Source of the DNA: Eledone cirrhosa
Taxonomy: Eukaryota
Length of the DNA: 64,000 bases
Reading direction: 5' to 3'
Assembly (NCBI GenBank): GCA_964016885.1
Contig: OZ024742.1
Span: forward strand, 29,574,001 to 29,638,000
Part shown: one piece after another, positions 1-14,445 of the stretch
How the letters are laid out: the number at the start of each line of letters is the position of its first letter
Position numbering within the stretch: position 1 is the first letter of the stretch
Translations under genes and position numbers: made by a program
Notes under the pieces: generated by a model
Told to the model about the DNA's origin: nothing
Seen by the model: only the letters and a program-made list of their open reading frames with translations
Database searches by the model: none

Positions 1-154
1 TGTAGGACACCACGGTTATTTTTCCTTTTGTAAAAAAAAACCTCACTTTCTAATAATATATGTATATATATATATATAAATATATAGGTAGAACACTGGA
101 AGGTAATATCCGTAGTGGTAAGCACTCAGTCCATGGGACGAGTTAGGAGTTAGG

Positions 155-283
155 TAGAAGTAGTTACACAACTGTTAGTTCACCATACCGAGAAGAATTG
201 TTTCACCTTAGCGGATCTTCAGCTCGTGCTGGGTGAAACAATTGCTCTCGGTATGGTGAACTAACTGTTGTGTAACCCTTCTA
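155..283. repeat. Fold-back inverted repeat (~53 bp arms) with a degenerate minimal hammerhead motif on the minus strand (189-226)
   Basis: 155-208 is the near reverse complement of 231-283. Minus strand reads cgag CTGAAGA tcc-gcta-aggt GAAA c-AATT-c TT ctcg. Flanked by (TA)n. Confidence 0.65.
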
Positions 284-291
284 TATATATA

Positions 292-385
<94 letters not shown>

Positions 386-2576
386 AATACAATAACAGAG
401 ATAGTTTAAAGCTAAACTCTGACTGGTAACCATCTCACTCAACAAACATTAGGTTATATTTAAATATAAACCCAATTTAAGTCTTTGGGGTGCTAACAAT
501 ATGTATAATGTGGAAAAACCAGTTGTATTATTTTATGAGATATAATTAAAGTTAAAGTATATCTCTCTTTCCAAACAATTGTTTCATTATAAGTTTTCTA
601 CAAGTTGGGAGAATATTTCCAGTTTATGTAGAAGCCTAATATATATTCTTCTAAGAATATATTTAGGTGGGCGCTTATAAATCATCAGTGGAAGCCCATT
701 AAACTTTGATATAAGAAAGAAATTCTTACCGCGGTCAAAAATCGAGTCTGTTAAGTTGCTCCTTCTCGCCTCGAATGACCGCCAAATTTGAAATTCCAGC
801 AGTCTTTGACTGAGGAAGTATCATAGCGACACGAAGCGGGAAGGGGAGACAACTACGATCCACGAAAGGAGGAAAAAAATAATATACACGCGGGTTAATT
901 AGTTTTTTCGAAAACATTATCAATCCAACGTGTTAAGAACTCAATTGAAAATAAAAAAATAAATATATGCGTGTATAAATTACACACGCATATAGATATT
1001 TTCTTAGGCTAAAATCAGAAGTTGTACCCGAATAAGAACCGCATCTCATAACCGCAGTAAATACAGAAAGTTATGCTTTAAAGGGCAAATGGGAATGTAA
1101 ATCTCCGGCCGAATTAAGAGTAAAATATAAAACACACGCGGGTTAATTAGTTATTTCAAAACTAATATTAATTCCTCGTGTAAAGAACTCAATTAATTAA
1201 AGAAAATAAATGTATGCATGTAATTATATACATAGGCATATATATATTTTCTTAGGCTAAAAAACAGAGAAGATACAACCAAAAAAAGCCACAACATTTC
1301 ACAACAGTAATAGATACGGAAAGTCAAATTCATAAGGTACCTGGAAATAAACACCTCTGGCCAATCAAGAGTAAATATTTAATACAATAACAGAGATAGG
1401 TTAAAGCTAAACTCTGACTGGTAACCATCTCACTCAACAAACATTAGGTTATATTTAAATATAAACCCAATTTAAGTCTTTGGGGTGCTAACAATATGTA
1501 TAATGTGGAAAAACCAGTTGTATTATTTTATGAGATATAATTAAAGTTAAAGTATATCTCTCTTTCCAAACAATTGTTTCATTATAAGTTTTCTACAAGT
1601 TGGGAGAATATTTCCAGTTTATGTAGAAGCCTAATATATATTCTTCTAAGAATATATTTAGGTGGGCGCTTATAAATCATCAGTGGAAGCCCATTAAACT
1701 TTGATATAAGAAAGAAATTCTTACCGCGGTCAAAAATCGTGTCTGTTAAGTTGCTCCTTCTCGCCTCGAATGACCGCCAAATTTGAAATTCCAGCAGTCT
1801 TTGACTGAGGAAGTATCATAGCGACACGAAGCGGGAAGGGGAGACAACTACGATCCACGAAAGGAGGAAAAAAATAATATACACGCGGGTTAATTAGTTT
1901 TTTCGAAAACATTATCAATCCAACGTGTTAAGAACTCAATTGAAAATAAAAAAATAAATATATGCGTGTATAAATTACACACGCATATAGATATTTTCTT
2001 AGGCTAAAATCAGAAGTTGTACCCGAATAAGAACCGCATCTCATAACCGCAGTAAATACAGAAAGTTATGCTTTAAAGGGCAAATGGGAATGTAAATCTC
2101 CGGCCGAATTAAGAGTAAAATATAAAACACACGCGGGTTAATTAGTTATTTCAAAACTAATATTAATTCCTCGTGTAAAGAACTCAATTAATTAAAGAAA
2201 ATAAATGTATGCATGTAATTATATACATAGGCATATATATATTTTCTTAGGCTAAAAAACAGAGAAGATACAACCAAAAAAAGCCACAACATTTCACAAC
2301 AGTAATAGATACGGAAAGTCAAATTCATAAGGTACCTGGAAATAAACACCTCTGGCCAATCAAGAGTAAATATTTAATACAATAACAGAGATAGGTTAAA
2401 GCTAAACTCTGACTGGTAACCATCTCACTCAACAAACATTAGGTTATATTTAAATATAAACCCAATTTAAGTCTTTGGGGTGCTAACAATATGTATAATG
2501 TGGAAAAACCAGTTGTATTATTTTATGAGATATAATTAAAGTTAAAGTATATCTCTCTTTCCAAACAATTGTTTCA

Positions 2577-3413
<837 letters not shown>

Positions 3414-3481
3414 CATATATATATATGTATATATATATATATGTATATATGTATATATATGTATATATATGTATATATATG

Positions 3482-3512
<31 letters not shown>

Positions 3513-3626
3513 GTATATATATATATATGTATATATATGTATATATATATATATATATGTATATATATGTATATATATATATGTATATATATATGTATAT
3601 ATATATATATGTATATATATATATCT

Positions 3627-4182
3627 CATGGTCGGGTCGTTGGCGACTAAACTGGCAACCCCACCAAGGTTTCTTGGTGAGGAGGGTGACTTTGGACATC
3701 CTGCAGGACTAAAAACAAAACCTGTCAAAGGGCAAAGGAGCTCTTAAGAGTCAATGGCCATCCAAAATCACCGGGAGAGATGACCCCTTAGCCTTTGTCA
3801 AGGCAGAATTCTAGGAGAAGGAAAACTCTGATATAACACCTGCAACCCTGATGGTATCCAATGATGTTGACTTGTTCTTCTTTTTGGTAAATATCATCTT
3901 GGTTAAGAGAGTGGGACTGGCTTTGTGCAGTGCCTTTGCTCACTATAAAAGCTTCACGGCACAGGCATTGCTTTATATCTGGAGATCTCTCTGCACTTGC
4001 CGTCACATGGTACCATGGGCCCAGCACTATGTGTCAATAATTGTCACAAGTGTAGTGTTTGTACCAGAGTTTTCAAGTCGCTGGCTGAACTAAAAAGTCA
4101 CACTCGTTCAGCGCTTCGGTAGGGGTTCTCCTACATGGATATAAAGTAGTGGCCGTACTCGAAAACGAGTTGGCAGCCACCA
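3627..4182 (+). mobile_element. Non-autonomous interspersed repeat, probably RTE-derived; opposite-strand copy at 15565-16178
   Basis: Highly similar reverse-complement copy in this window. Contains tagcctt..aggca..tctaggagaaggaaaactctg, a motif I associate with RTE 5' UTRs. No coding capacity. Confidence 0.7.
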
Positions 4183-4221
4183 TATATATATATATATATA
4201 TATATATTTGTGTATGTGTAA

Positions 4222-4262
<41 letters not shown>

Positions 4263-4265
<3 letters not shown>

Positions 4266-4450
4266 GCGGTGGATTGGCAGTATCAGTAGAGGGTCGGACG
4301 CCATGCTTTCCACCATAGTTACGTCCCTTTACGATCTGAGTTCAAATCCCGCCGATGTTGACTTTGCCTTTCATCCTTACGGGGTCGATAAAATAAAGTA
4401 CCAGTAATGCACTGGGTAATTGCTGGACTTGTGCCTAAAGTAGAAACAAT

Positions 4451-4452
<2 letters not shown>
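4263..4452 (+). mobile_element. tRNA-derived SINE (family 1, Meta-domain-like core)
   Basis: A-box-like tggcag and B-box gagttcaaatcc. Core gcctttcatccttacggggtcgataaaataaagtaccag is shared with several copies in the window. Confidence 0.85.
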
Positions 4453-4503
<51 letters not shown>

Positions 4504-4548
4504 ATATATATATTATATACCTACATACATACATGTAAACATATAGAT

Positions 4549-5460
4549 ATGGAAACGAATTCACTTCTACTTTGTTTTGATGTGGTAAGCCTTTACACCA
4601 ACATTACACATGATTTAGGAATAAAGGCGGTTAAATACTGGGTGGAAAAACATAGAGAAGTAATTCCCACCAGATTCACAGCGCCATTTATATTAGACGC
4701 AGTCAAACTTATTCTGGAAGACAACACTTTCTTCTTCAATGGAAAGAACTACATCCAAATTAGAGGCACAGCGATGGGAACGAAGTTTGCTCCCGTTTAC
4801 GCGAACTCTGTAATGGGAAACTTAGAACAACAACTCTACCAAGAAATAGAGGAAAAATATAGTACTGACTTTAGAAAGTACATTGAAAAATCTTGGAAGA
4901 GATACCTTGACGACTGTTTCATCATCTGGACAGAATCTCTAGATACTCTGGATGAGTTTAATATCCTCCTGAATAACCTACACCCATCTCTCCAATTCAC
5001 AAAAGAGATGAGTAGTACCAAATTTCCATTCCTAGATATAATGGTAATCAAAAACGACACCACCATTACCACGGATATATATTATAAACACACAGACATC
5101 CATCAATATCTGAATTTTAAGTCGTGCCATTCACCTCATACAAAACGCAACATCCCATACTGCCTGGCCAGAAGAATTTGTACCATTGTAGAATATACGA
5201 ATACCAGGAACAAACGCCTAACAGAACTGAGAGAATTTTTGCTCAAACAAAAATAGCCATCTCTACTTATAGAAAATTGCATACAGCGGGCTATAAAAAT
5301 ACCTATACAACAACTTAGGACAACCCAAGGAAGAAGAAACCAAGAACTGGTCATACCATTTATAATGACACACAACCCATGTCACCAGAATATCTTCAAC
5401 ACTGCCAAAGAAAACCTACCGATCATTGCTCAAAGTAATGAATTAAAAGTAATGATTGCG
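4549..5460 (+). pseudogene. Penelope-like retroelement reverse transcriptase fragment (truncated, stop at 5256)
   Basis: ORF 4549-5256 has the PLE RT motifs FDVVSLYTNI, QIRGTAMG.KFAP, RYLDD, FLDI and YYK.T..HQYL...SCH. It is embedded between (TA)n tracts. Confidence 0.93.
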
Positions 5461-5599
5461 AAATTATGAAAGTACTTGTTCAATTAACACTTAACATTTA
5501 ATATTCTACCATACTATTTCATTCTAATACCATTATACATTTTAAAGGATTGTAAATAAAACGAGTAAATCAGACAAAGTTGGAGTTCCTTTTATTAAT

Positions 5600-5718
<119 letters not shown>

Positions 5719-5746
5719 CAATATATATATATATATATATTTATAA

Positions 5747-5777
<31 letters not shown>

Positions 5778-5779
<2 letters not shown>

Positions 5780-5849
5780 AACAATTAAGTTAAAGTGTAC
5801 ATCTATATATGTATACATATATAGATGTACACTTTAACTTAATTGTTTA
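5778..5849. repeat. 72-bp perfect palindrome
   Basis: taaacaattaagttaaagtgtacatctatatatgta|tacatatatagatgtacactttaacttaattgttta. Confidence 0.95.
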
Positions 5850-5910
5850 AGCGTCAGTCATACAAAAGTGAGTTAGAAGCGAAACGAAACTTAATTTCGT
5901 TTCGTTATTC

Positions 5911-5948
<38 letters not shown>

Positions 5949-5980
5949 TGCGAAAAACCACAGACCCTCCAACTGAACTC

Positions 5981-6020
5981 TACATTTGAAAAGCAGAACA
6001 ACTGCGAAACCGGTAAAGGA
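5981..6020 (+). ncRNA. Degenerate minimal hammerhead-like motif, U3:A8 core
   Basis: TTGAAAA gcag-aacaa-ctgc GAAA c-cg-g TA; stem I is decayed. Confidence 0.45.
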
Positions 6021-6107
6021 ACCAAATAAAAAGTTTTTTTTTTTTTAAATAAGACTCCAGTTGCATTTTCGATTTAATCTTCTTTTCTTTATATTATATA
6101 TATATAT

Positions 6108-7546
6108 ATATATGATAAAGAACACAAGAGCGTCTACAACATCAAAAGATTTTTATTGGCTTACAATGTTTCTTCCTTACGTAACCGTAGGATTCGTCAG
6201 AGCTATAAAAGGGGTTTGATTGGTGTTATGGACTCTACCAACCAAACATTCAAGAACAAAGAGTAAAGAGAGTAAAGAGCAAAAGCAGGGGACGATAAGT
6301 CTAATGTTGGTGCGGGGGGGTGGGGGTGGGTCCTTGTTTACTAGCTGTGGTCATATTCATTCCCGGGAGTCGAGTGGTTAGTTGAGCCATAGATGGGGTG
6401 GCGTCGATAGTAGGGTGCAGAGGGTGTGCAGAAGCTACACACACACAAAGGGCATACAATATATATATAACGGAGGAGAAAGTACATGAGGTAATTAGAA
6501 ATGGAAAAAGAGTAATAATAATAATTAATATAATTAATAATGTATAATAAGGCATGGGGAAGATTACACTATAATAAGGTATAAAAGTAAGAATAAGGTA
6601 AAATATAAAGGAGGATAAAAGTGAAAATAAGAATAAAGATAAAACAATATATATATATAAATAAAAAAAAATATATAGAGAATATATAAAGAAATATAAG
6701 CAAATGGACTACGCCACGTGAGTTGAACCTGCAAGTGAATTGAAGGATGTGTAACTCTGATATACAGATTATTTATTATTAAGATGTATAAACTTGACAT
6801 AACTATTATCATCTTATATTCTCTCAACTAATCACATTTGATCATATTTCTCTATCCCGTTTTCTCCCCCCCATATTTATAATTTTTTTATTTGAAAAAA
6901 TCGGTCTTTTTACATTGTGTTTTTTTACATTGTGTTTTTCCCTCTCTAATACTTGCTTATATTTCTTTATATATTCTCTATATATTTTTTTATTTATATA
7001 TATATATTTTTTTTATCTTTATTCTTATTTTCACTTTTATCCTCCTTTATATTTTACCTTATTCTTACTTTTATACCTTATTATAGTGTAATCTTCCCCA
7101 TGCCTTATTATACATTATTAATTATAGATTTTTATTATTACTCTTTTTCCATTTCTAATTACCTCATGTACTTTCTCCTCCGTTATATATATATTGTATA
7201 CCCTTTGTGTGTGTGTAGCCTCTGCACACCCTCTGCACCCTACTATCGACGCCACCCCATCTATGGCTCAACTAACCACTCGACTCCCGGGAATGAATAT
7301 GACCACAGCTAGTAAACAAGGACCCACCCCCACCCCCCCGCACCAACATTAGACTTATCGTCCCCTGCTTTTGCTCTTTACTCTCTTTACTCTTTGTTCT
7401 TGAATGTTTGGTTGGTAGAGTCCATAACACCAATCAAACCCCTTTTATAGCTCTGACGAATCCTACGGTTACGTAAGGAAGAAACATTGTAAGCCAATAA
7501 AAATCTTTTGATGTTGTAGACGCTCTTGTGTTCTTTATCATATATA
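6108..7546. mobile_element. Large fold-back element (~595-bp inverted arms, ~250-bp spacer), PLE inverted pseudo-LTR type
   Basis: 6108-6703 is the reverse complement of 6953-7546 at high identity. It lies in (TA)n, and each arm carries an HHR motif. Confidence 0.9.
7443..7502 (+). ncRNA. Type I hammerhead ribozyme motif (mirror copy 6151-6210 on the minus strand)
   Basis: gct CTGACGA a-tcctacg-gtta-cgtaagga-a GAAA c-att-g TA agc; putative GUA cleavage triplet 7489-7491. Confidence 0.7.
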
Positions 7547-7637
7547 CGCCTCTGCTCCAAAGCATAGAGCTAATTATTATGCTGCCAATACCTTAATGGG
7601 ACACGGGTATACAATACCTAACTCCTATTAACCTAAG

Positions 7638-7679
<42 letters not shown>

Positions 7680-7828
7680 TGTTGATTTAAAACTTCACTA
7701 TTCACAAGTGTTTTTTAAGCTTCATATGTCTCCCTATTTTATATGATGAGAACGCAGATATCATCCCATGATGATATTTGTTTTTGAAATGCGCATAATA
7801 AAATACTTGGAACTCTTTTAACCATCTT

Positions 7829-7833
7829 TTGAT

Positions 7834-7900
<67 letters not shown>

Positions 7901-9065
7901 TTACACAGAGAAGTAAACATACATACATATACATGTGTGCGTATGTATATTTGTTTGTGCATATGTACGTGTGTTGTGTGTACGTATGTGTATGTGTGCA
8001 TGTGTGTACATATGTGTGTCTATGTATGTATATGTGTGTGTATATATAAGACAGTTAGAACGAAAATTAAATTATCTCGTTTGTTATTTTCTACACTCTA
8101 ATTCATCAAAAGTCCTCTCTACCTTCTCACTGTGTGAGGGGGGGGGTACGTGTGTGCGTGTATATGTGTACGTGTGGGGAGTATGTGTGTGCATGTGTAC
8201 TTGCCTGCGTGTGTATCTCTGTGTCTGTGTGTGTGTAGGTGCGTGTCTGTGTACGTGTGTGTGTGTTTGCGTGTTTGCGTGTGTGGAGTATGTGTGTATG
8301 CGTGTGTGTGTGTCTGTATCTACGTGTGTGTCTCTGTCAGTGTGTGTATTTGTACGTATGTGTATCTATGTGTGTGTGTGTGTATGTGTATCTATGTGTG
8401 TGTATGTGTATCTATGTGTGTGTGTGTGTATGTGTATCTATGTGTGTGTGTGTGTGTGTGTGTATGGATCTGTGTGTGTATGTGTATCTATGTGTGTGTG
8501 TGTGTGTATATGGATCTGTGTGTGTGTATGTGTATCTATGTGTGTGTGTGTCTGTATGTGTATCAATGTGTCTGTGTAGCATGTGTCTGTGTGTGTGCGT
8601 TTGTGTGTGGCATGTGCGTGTGTGTGTGTGTGCGTTTGTGTGTGGTATGTGTGTGTGCGTTTGTGTGTGGCAGGTGTGCGGTATGTGTGCGTGTATGTCA
8701 TGTGTGTAGTATATGTGTGTGTATGTGGATAAGTGTGACTGTTTATTTGTGTATATCACTGTGTGTGTGTGTGTGTGTGTGTGCGTGTGACGGTTTGTGT
8801 CTATTTCAGCGCGTGTGTCAATTTGCGTGTATCTGTGTGTGGTAGTTGTGTGTGTGTCTATAAGTGGTATGTATGTGTGTGTGTGTGTAATCACTATATG
8901 TATGTGTCTATATGTGTGTACATGTATGTGGGTGGGTGTAATCACACACTAATTTGTAATGTATATATGAAAAATATTACATTAAATAACTGGCGTCTCC
9001 TATCTACGTTTAGACAACAACAATAACAGCAATAACAACAACAACAACAACAACAACAATAACAG

Positions 9066-9096
<31 letters not shown>

Positions 9097-9890
9097 AACA
9101 GCAATAACAACAACATCAACAACACTAGTGGTAATAAAAATATAACAAGGACGACAATAACAACAGCAATAACAACAATAACAACAATGACAACAACAAT
9201 AACAACACTAGTGATAATAAAAACATAACAAGGACGACAAAAACAATAACAGCAACAACAATTGCAATAGCAACAACTATAACAAAGGGCGATGGATTGG
9301 CAGTATCGCTAGAGGGTCGGACGCCATGCTTTGCAGCAAAGAGTTACGGCCCTTTATGGTCTGAGTTCAAATCCCGCCGAGGTTAACTTTGCCTTTCATC
9401 CTTACGGGGTCGATAAAATAAAGTACCAGTAATGCACTGGGGTAATTGCTGGCCTTGTGCCAAAAGTAGAAACAATTATTATTCATTAATTAGTTCTTGT
9501 TGTTGTCGCTGTTGATTTTTAACGTGTGTGCGCGCGTGAGTCTGTGTGTGAGAGAAAGCGTGTGAGTGTATGTGCGTATGTGTGTTAGAGAGAGAGGGAG
9601 AGAGAGAGAGAGTATGTGTATGAGTGTGTGTGAGAGAGTGAGTGTGTGTATGTGTATGTGTATGTGTATGTATGTGTATGAGTGTGTGTACGTGCATGTG
9701 TGTGTGTCTATGTGCATGTGTGTGTGTATGTGTATGTGTGTGAGAGAGAGAAAGAGAGAGAGTGTGTGTGTGTGTATGAATGTGTGTGTGTGAGTGAGAG
9801 AGAGAAAGAGAGAGTGCGTGTGTGTGAGAGAGAGAGAGCGCGAGAGAGGGTGTATATGTATGTGTGTGTGTGTGTGTCTGTGTGTCTATG
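7829..9890. repeat. Compound (TA)n/(TG)n/(CAA)n/(GA)n microsatellite region
   Basis: Directly visible simple repeats. Confidence 0.9.
9287..9480 (+). mobile_element. tRNA-derived SINE (family 1)
   Basis: Closely similar to 4263-4452. Confidence 0.85.
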
Positions 9891-9934
9891 ACTGAACTAT
9901 CAAAAAATTGGGATTAAATGGTGTGGAAAATATC

Positions 9935-10520
9935 GTAAGAAACTCTCAGGAGACAGCAGAAGGTCTTCAGAGAAGAAACAGCCCCTCAAGCAATTGTCTC
10001 GGTCCTTAAAAACACTGATTAATGGTTTGGACAGCAGATCTTCAGAGAAGAACCCCTCACACGCACACACTCAAGTAAGTGTTATTGCCCTTAAAAACAC
10101 TGATCTATTTATATAAATTAAAATATAGTGATAAGAAACTCTCGGGAGAGCTGGACAGCAGAAGGTCTTCGGAGAAGAAACCCTTCAAGCGAGCGTTTTG
10201 GCCCTTAAAAACACTGATTACTGAATTGGACAGCAGATCTTCAGAGAAGAACCCCTCCATCGTCAAGTAAGTGTTTTGGCCCTTAAAAATACTGATCTAT
10301 GGATATAGATTACGATATAATGTGGTAGGAATCTCTAAGGAGAGCTGAACAGAAGAAAGTTTTCAGAGAAGAACCCCGACCCCTCAGGTAAATGTCTCGG
10401 CCCTTAAAAACTCTGATCTAAGAATATTAATTATAGGGGCAATAAACTGTAAGAAGCGCCAGTCAGCAGAAGATCTTCCGAGAAGTAACCCCATTCAAGC
10501 CAGTGTTTAGGCCCTTAACT
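9935..10520. repeat. Imperfect tandem minisatellite (variable ~70-120 bp units)
   Basis: Recurring cagcagaaggtcttcagagaagaaccc and ggcccttaaaaacactgat blocks, about 6 times. Confidence 0.8.
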
Positions 10521-10725
10521 TCATAAAGAAACATTCTATAAAATAAAAAGTCAGAGCACCAGAAAGAACCATTTTGTACTAGGAACCCACAAGCTTGAAG
10601 CTGAGAGAGATAAGATAGATGAATGGAGAGGAGTGTAGTTGATAGAAATAGAGAAATATTTCAAATTAGGTAGAGAGATTCTAGTGAAATAAAGGTAGAC
10701 TGATTACTTCAGTAAGTTTGTAAAT

Positions 10726-10757
<32 letters not shown>

Positions 10758-10823
10758 GGGGGGAGTATCGGTGTATATATATATGTGTGTGTGTATGTGT
10801 ATATATGCTTATACACATACACT

Positions 10824-10911
<88 letters not shown>

Positions 10912-11299
10912 TAGTACAAACCACGAACTAATTGTTTAAATATTTACATAAGCAGAAGTCAATAGATAAGTAAAAAGCAATCAAAAGATATAATCAAAAT
11001 GAAACTCTTAGAAATACTAAAGGAAAAAAACTGGTCAATATTTGGGAAGATTGGAAAGAAAGGAAGTGAGCCAATATGAAAATAAACAATGTCTTAACGG
11101 CTCCGAACTAAAGACAAAGAGGACGTCTACATTTAGATGCTGCTTAAGATCAATGACTAGCCACCAAACATTTCCAAAATAAATATTTTTTAAAAAAATT
11201 CAAGAGCTTAACAATTGCAGATTATGCAATCAACATATAGAAAACATATATAGACCAAAGAAGGAAAACTATCCAAGCATCAGCGGCTCGCTTATATGT

Positions 11300-11830
11300 T
11301 TGTGGTAGAGTCTGTAGCAGTGAAGAATTCTGGTGTTCTTGGCCCCGGACCACATCCCTACTCACTGCTATCGGAGCGGAGTTGGTTCTTCCGTAGGTAC
11401 GAGCCCTGGGAGGATTCTGGTAGAGCCTGTAGCAATGGAGACTTCCGGGAGTTCTTGATCCTCGTCCCCGGATCATATCCCTACTCACTGCTATCTGAGC
11501 GGTGTTGGTTGACCCGCAGATGCGAGCCCTATGACTTTTCTGGTAGATCATTGGCACAGTACAAACTTCCGGGCGTTCTTGCTCTTCCCCTCACTGACCA
11601 CATCCCTACTTACTGCTATCTGAGCGCTGTTGGCTGACCCGCAGGTGTGAGCCATGAGAGATTTCTGGTAGAGACTGCGCGATTTCTGGTAGAGCAGTGA
11701 AGACTTCCGGCCGTTATAACTCCCTATTCCCGCCTCACGGATCACATGCCTACTCACTGCTATCTGGTGTTGGATGACCTGCAGATATGAGTTTCGCGAG
11801 ATGGTGGAGAGGCTGTTACAGCACTTCTCC
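11300..11830. repeat. GC-richer ~120-bp tandem repeat, ~4.5 diverged copies
   Basis: Recurring cacatccctactcactgctatc and ttctggtagag blocks at ~115-125 bp spacing. Confidence 0.85.
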
Positions 11831-12075
11831 CAAGCCATCTTCCCTGGGCAATGTATTCTCCCATCCTGTCTGCGGAGGATACTCGTTCAGACGTCACACA
11901 TATATACGCATACACTAAATACATAAAAAGTTTGTACATAGAAAAAGAATTGATTAAAACTATTTTCTTACTAGGTAGACTTCGTAACGATAAAAAAACA
12001 ATTCCCAAAAGACGACGTGACTGGGCTTGTAGTTATATTGATTGAACAATATATATATATGTGTGTGTTTGTACA

Positions 12076-12195
12076 TGGCACGTGGCTGAGTGGTTAGAGG
12101 ATTGAATTCGCAATCGTGAGGTTGTGAGTTCGATTCCCGGACCAGGTGATGGGTTATGTCCTTGTGCAAGACACTTTATTTCACATTGTTCCTTC
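12076..12195 (+). mobile_element. tRNA-derived SINE (family 2), 5' part
   Basis: A box tggctgagtgg and B box gagttcgattcc, followed by tgtccttgtgcaagacactt. Confidence 0.75.
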
Positions 12196-12291
12196 TACCT
12201 GGAGTTGCGACCGATAGCTAGTATTAGCAATTGGAAAGACCAATGTAAACGTTGTTTCCTCGGTCCGATTTGGTGAAAGTCGATCGACTGT

Positions 12292-12327
<36 letters not shown>

Positions 12328-12424
12328 CGAGAGAGATAGATAGATATATTACCCCATTCCCACTTGAAAGCTGAGGATAAGACGTATGGATATGCCCCAT
12401 ATATAGTATTATGTCATGTAATAA

Positions 12425-12620
12425 TGGTTTCTGATTCAGGCACAGGGCCAGCAGTTTATGTGGGAGTAGGAAAGTTAATTAAATCGACGCCAGTACTTAA
12501 CTGGTACTTTATTTTATCGATCCTGTAAGGATGAAAGCCAAAGCTAACGTCGGCGGGATTTGAACTCAGAACGTAAAGACCCAAGCGAAATACCACAGAG
12601 TATTTCGTCCGATGCTCTAA
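12425..12620 (-). mobile_element. tRNA-derived SINE (family 1), truncated at the Tx1 fragment
   Basis: Reverse complement of the family-1 core (ctggtactttattttatcga..gtaaggatgaaag..gggatttgaactcag). Confidence 0.8.
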
Positions 12621-13048
12621 GGGGGAAGTTTACATACAATAAAAACGTGTAAAATATTATCACAAATGCAATTGAAAAGTTAATAGATTTTCCCCAATAG
12701 GGGGAAACATTTCATATAGGTAACACATACCCCCGAAAAAATGTGCAACCCTCATCTCCAGGAGTACGAAAAATTTGTACCCCCTTCCTATCTTCCTCCT
12801 TTTCCTCAACCTACTTTCACCCACCTTTTATAAAACTTGCTGGGGTACAGCACCTCTCTCTCCATCCTGATTCTTCTTCCAAAATGATATTTGATAAAAC
12901 GAATCAGTTGCTCTCGCCGGAGAGAAAGGTGTCTGACCTCAGCCCTTTTAACCTCGTTCATCATACAACCTCTTTCGCCATAGCTATCACACAAATGAAA
13001 ACCGCATCTCCTTCGTTTTTGAAGGAGGGTGGCGGTTTGATCATGACA
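12621..13048 (-). mobile_element. Tx1-like retrotransposon 3' fragment (copy A); its 5'-truncated end abuts (GATA)n 13052-13120
   Basis: Homologous to 24891-25364 and 38270-38743, with a small internal deletion. Encodes KYHFGRRIRMEREVLYPSKF. Confidence 0.92.
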
Positions 13049-13050
13049 GG

Positions 13051-13120
<70 letters not shown>

Positions 13121-14005
13121 TACGAAACACACCGATAATCACTGAATATGTCACAGAAATGTGTGGCGAAAGAACTTTGAGAAATTATATTTATATCTAT
13201 ATGTTTAACTGTTGGTCAATCTTAACTATAATAAAGAAAGGTTTGCGGAACTGCGTCCAGAATATATTTTTTTATTCTGTTTGTAAAATAAGTTGGATTA
13301 CTTTGAATAAATAATGAATGAATATTATATAATTTATCTACTAAATTTCGTAGCTCTTGATTAAATATATTTTATTGTTTATTTAAAGATTCACTTCTTT
13401 AAATTTTTCAAATATCAACACTTCTTGTTAGCGATCGTTTAAATAAACATTCATATATTTCCGTCACTAATTTTCTCCTAATGCAGTTTATATATAATAT
13501 CGTCTTTTTTAATGTATCATGGATTACGTTACTGATTACATAAGACAGTGTAACGCAGTCTTCGTCCAATTTCTGTATATATTGTCAATTACGATTTTAT
13601 TTGATGTATCATATCTACATGCATATATACTTGCGTATAATATCAATATACACACTACACATGCCAGTAGAAAACACCCCGAAGGGTGATTTTTCTGATA
13701 GTCAATGATAAACATTGATTGCCAGCTAAATTATTTATAAAAATACACTGAAGCGAAAAACAAACCAAACTGAGTGCGATCTACTATTTTTGGCAATATT
13801 AGAATAACATGACCCTCCCCAAATATTACAAGACTTATTTTATATTTGAAATTATTCAAAACGTTGTGAAAGGTAAATAATATATTATAATATCAGGATT
13901 GTATATCTCTTTAAGAAAAAGAACTCAGTAATATAATGTGGATTATATGTGTATGTGTGTGATTATGTGTGTGTGTATCAATGTAAGAATATACCTAAAT
14001 ATATA

Positions 14006-14315
14006 CATGATGGTTGCTCCCTCGTTATCGAGTATGGCCATTACACGATATAACATTATTAATAACTATCAATTAATGTTATCGTGAAATACCTGTACGA
14101 TATGATTTGTTTTAAGTGAGGAAAGACTGTGAACTGAGCCAATCCCACTCCCTGAGCGACAGTAGCTATAGACTGTGCACTGAGCCAATCCCACTCTCTG
14201 AGCGACAGTAGCTGTAACCCGAAAAGAAGAAAAAATCAACATCATCGGTAACTACTGAGCCGCAGGTTTTATGTCGGAGTTATCCCAGTTTCCTGAGTTG
14301 CCTTCTCCTAGTAGA
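14006..14315 (-). mobile_element. Probable RTE-related non-autonomous repeat with internal ~43-bp duplication
   Basis: Shares the ctaggagaagg motif and a gcaaccatca-tgtat end with the 3627 family. Duplicated block ctgagccaatcccactc at 14134 and 14180. Confidence 0.5.
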
Positions 14316-14445
14316 ATACATACATACATGCATGGGAGTGCACGCTAAAGAAGTAACCTGTGCGGGAAAGGTTTATAGTGGGAGGGCCAGTGCACAGTGA
14401 CGGTCCTACTCACTCGGCCGCAGAAGCCAGAATCCATACATACAT

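Noticed and set aside
885-935. Minus-strand TTGATAA..GAAA in the 995-bp unit
   Set aside because: Stems II and III do not pair well, and the paralogous sub-repeat does not conserve the core.
3780-3835. Possible HDV-like ribozyme in the RTE-derived repeat
   Set aside because: I could not build the double pseudoknot by eye.
9935-11830. Regularly spaced repeats resembling a CRISPR array; CTGAAGA strings on the minus strand
   Set aside because: The inter-repeat segments are themselves homologous, there are no cas genes and the context is eukaryotic. No GAAA or stem architecture supports a hammerhead.
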